This document shows, one piece after another, positions 62,000-64,000 of a stretch of 64,000 nucleotides of DNA. The stretch is taken from the NCBI GenBank assembly GCA_036172245.1, contig JAYWIR010000048.1:620001-684000 (forward strand), in the 5' to 3' direction. This DNA is from Raillietiella orientalis. Its lineage: Eukaryota. A program made the translations under genes and the position numbers. Each line of letters begins with the position of its first letter. The stretch's first letter is position 1. The notes below the pieces were generated by a model. It was not told the origin of the DNA and made no database searches. It saw only the letters and a list, made by a program, of their open reading frames with translations.

Positions 62000-64000
62000 C
62001 GTTGTTCGTGATCTCATTCAGTGCGGCGTTATTCGTTTATCGGCACGCACAAAGGAACACAAGGAGGACGACAGCACGGCAGAAACCACGGCAGCCATCA
62101 CCCCCAAATACCGAATCTCTGAAGATTCCCTCTTTCCGTGAAGACGAATCTCAGGTGAAATTGGGTGCTGGGAGGTGTTTTCAGGACAGCTAGACGGCTG
62201 CGCCGCCCTCTCCTTTGCACACGATTTTCTTCAAGACGAAGGCGGATGATATTTCTTCTTCTTCAAGCTCGCTGCAGACTCGCGCATGGCGCTTACCTGC
62301 AAAGCAGTCGCGAGCTTCTTCTTCGTTCACTGTACAAAGCCTCGCGCTTGTGTCCCTCTCCTGAAATGATTCAAGAGGACCGTTTGTCCCCGAGCATTCC
62401 CAGTGCCGCGGTCATGGAACATGGGAGCAAAACCCAGCGAGCATCCAAGAATATCATCTAAAAAGAAAAAGGCATTCCGATGTTTCTGTCGTTCCTTCGA
62501 GTCCGTAGCTTCTTTCGCAGAACGGCTGAGTCTTTAAAGAGGAAGACGAGGGAGTCGAGTGCACACGGGAAAAGAAAAATCCTCAGGCAGCCGTTGAAAC
62601 TGTGCTCCAAGAAGCCGGGAGTAATTCTTCCATCAGTTATGTGTTTACTGAGCTGCGCAGTCAATAGGATTGGTAGGCTCATATGAGCTCGGCTTCTCGA
62701 CGATTGAAGGACGAAAAAGACTCACGCAGAGAGATCGAAACAGCTTTCTGCATGCGAAAGATGGGAGGGACTCAGAGGACCAAACGTAATCTGAAAATTA
62801 AACTGAAGAATCCATTCGAAGAGGCCATGGAGCACGAAAAATTGTCAGCTTCAAAATCGATTAATGAATTCCGTGTAAGGATATTTCAGCCAGCATATGA
62901 GGATGTCAAGGATTTGGAAGCATTTTCAAGTGAGATTTTGAAAATCCCGCGCGACTGAAAGTCAAATGAGCAGCCAAACGTGTCAAGGGGGTGCAGCAAA
63001 CGGAACGAAATTCGTCTGCCCGATTACCATCAGGTCCACGGACTTTTGAAATTCCTGCGCCGTTTCCAGGCTGAGCCTCCATTACAGGATTTCATTGGCG
63101 AGATCCGACGCGGATGGAGCAGGGACCACGGCGTCTGGGAGAGGAAGCATCTCCAGTAGCCGGTCGGTTGGTCCCTCTGCGCAGCGTCTCAGTAAGTTCG
63201 CCTCCGACCAGGAAACGCATCGAGTGCCTCGGAGGACGGAGGGGGTGTCGCGAAATTCAAAGTGGAGTGGCCTTGACCACGCGGTCCGTCCGCTCATGCC
63301 GAATGAGAAAGTGCGGGTCCTCCCTCCCGCCTCCTTCCTGCAACGGTCTCCAGCTCGTCACCAGCGATCGCGGGAAACCCGATCATGTAGATGAGGGCCT
63401 CTTTTCAATTAAGGTCGCTTGTTGGCGTCTGCGAGCCGCCGCCACCCCTTTGCCTGGACCGCGGTCCTCTAGGGAGCCAAATACTCCCAGCGATTATTCA
63501 TGGAGAGGGAAACATGGACCTCGTCGAGTTTCCAGATCGTAGGTCAAGAGTCGTCTGCAGATGAATTTCGCTGCTGCTGGAGTTCGACCTATCCCGAGTG
63601 AGGACCTCAGCAGGCCACAGAGCTCGCAGACTGTGCCGGAAGGCTTCTCGAAATTCCAGCTTGGTAGCGTGGGAAGTCCAGGACGCTCCGAAAGAGGGAA
63701 GAAGGCAGAGTGGGAGTGCGCTCTCAGTTTGCTTTTGTTTGCTCTCACTCTAGAATGAAGTGTGCATCTTTTGCAACCTTCGAGATCTACGATGAAGCGT
63801 AGATTTTTTGTCCCCCTTATTCGGTTCCTGGAACATGCCCGAAGTCAGAGTTTCTTCTTCCTCTTTTTTTTTTCATCACCTTTGGACGAGTTCTCTGTTA
63901 AGGATTCTCAGACGGACTCTCGGAAAGTGATGTTGGAGATGCTCGAACCTTCAGGATAGAGAGGCGCATTTTATCGCTCGTGTGGATGCAAGCAGGGTGA
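62000..64000 (-). mobile_element. Degenerate L1/Tx1-type ORF2 (RT region)
   Basis: SKVRGPDGNRADEF (~63010-63050), FRMQKAV (~62750) and GCLRIFLFPCALDSL (~62570) are RT motifs in the correct order. Confidence 0.6.

Noticed and set aside
1..64000. Intact genes, tRNA/rRNA, CRISPR arrays or prokaryotic operons
   Set aside because: All ORFs are under 200 aa and are mostly shadow frames of decayed elements. I recognised no regularly spaced repeat-spacer array and no structured RNA gene.

Overview
This is eukaryotic DNA, most plausibly from an arthropod (inferred from the element and virus content), and it contains no intact gene. The window is a dense patchwork of decayed, frameshifted fragments. 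Transposon relics include many L1/Tx1-type non-LTR retrotransposon pieces (one near full-length copy with a nested insertion), two NeSL/Utopia-type RT-REL fragments, Gag-like ORF1 pieces and hAT-type DNA transposase relics. An ~18 kb core (about 26.9-45.2 kb) is packed with non-retroviral endogenous viral elements (EVEs). These comprise two tandem orthomyxovirus-like nucleoproteins, several orthomyxovirus PB2-like fragments, a partiti-like capsid, rhabdovirus/mononegavirus-like glycoproteins and a possible toti-like capsid. The window also holds a bacterial IS110-family transposase relic and an antisense fragment of a host G-protein alpha (Gv-like) gene. Most fragments lie on the minus strand, which resembles a uni-strand piRNA-cluster-like archive of transposons and viruses (inference). 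All protein assignments come from manual translation across stops and frameshifts, compared with family motifs from memory. No database search was run and boundaries are approximate.
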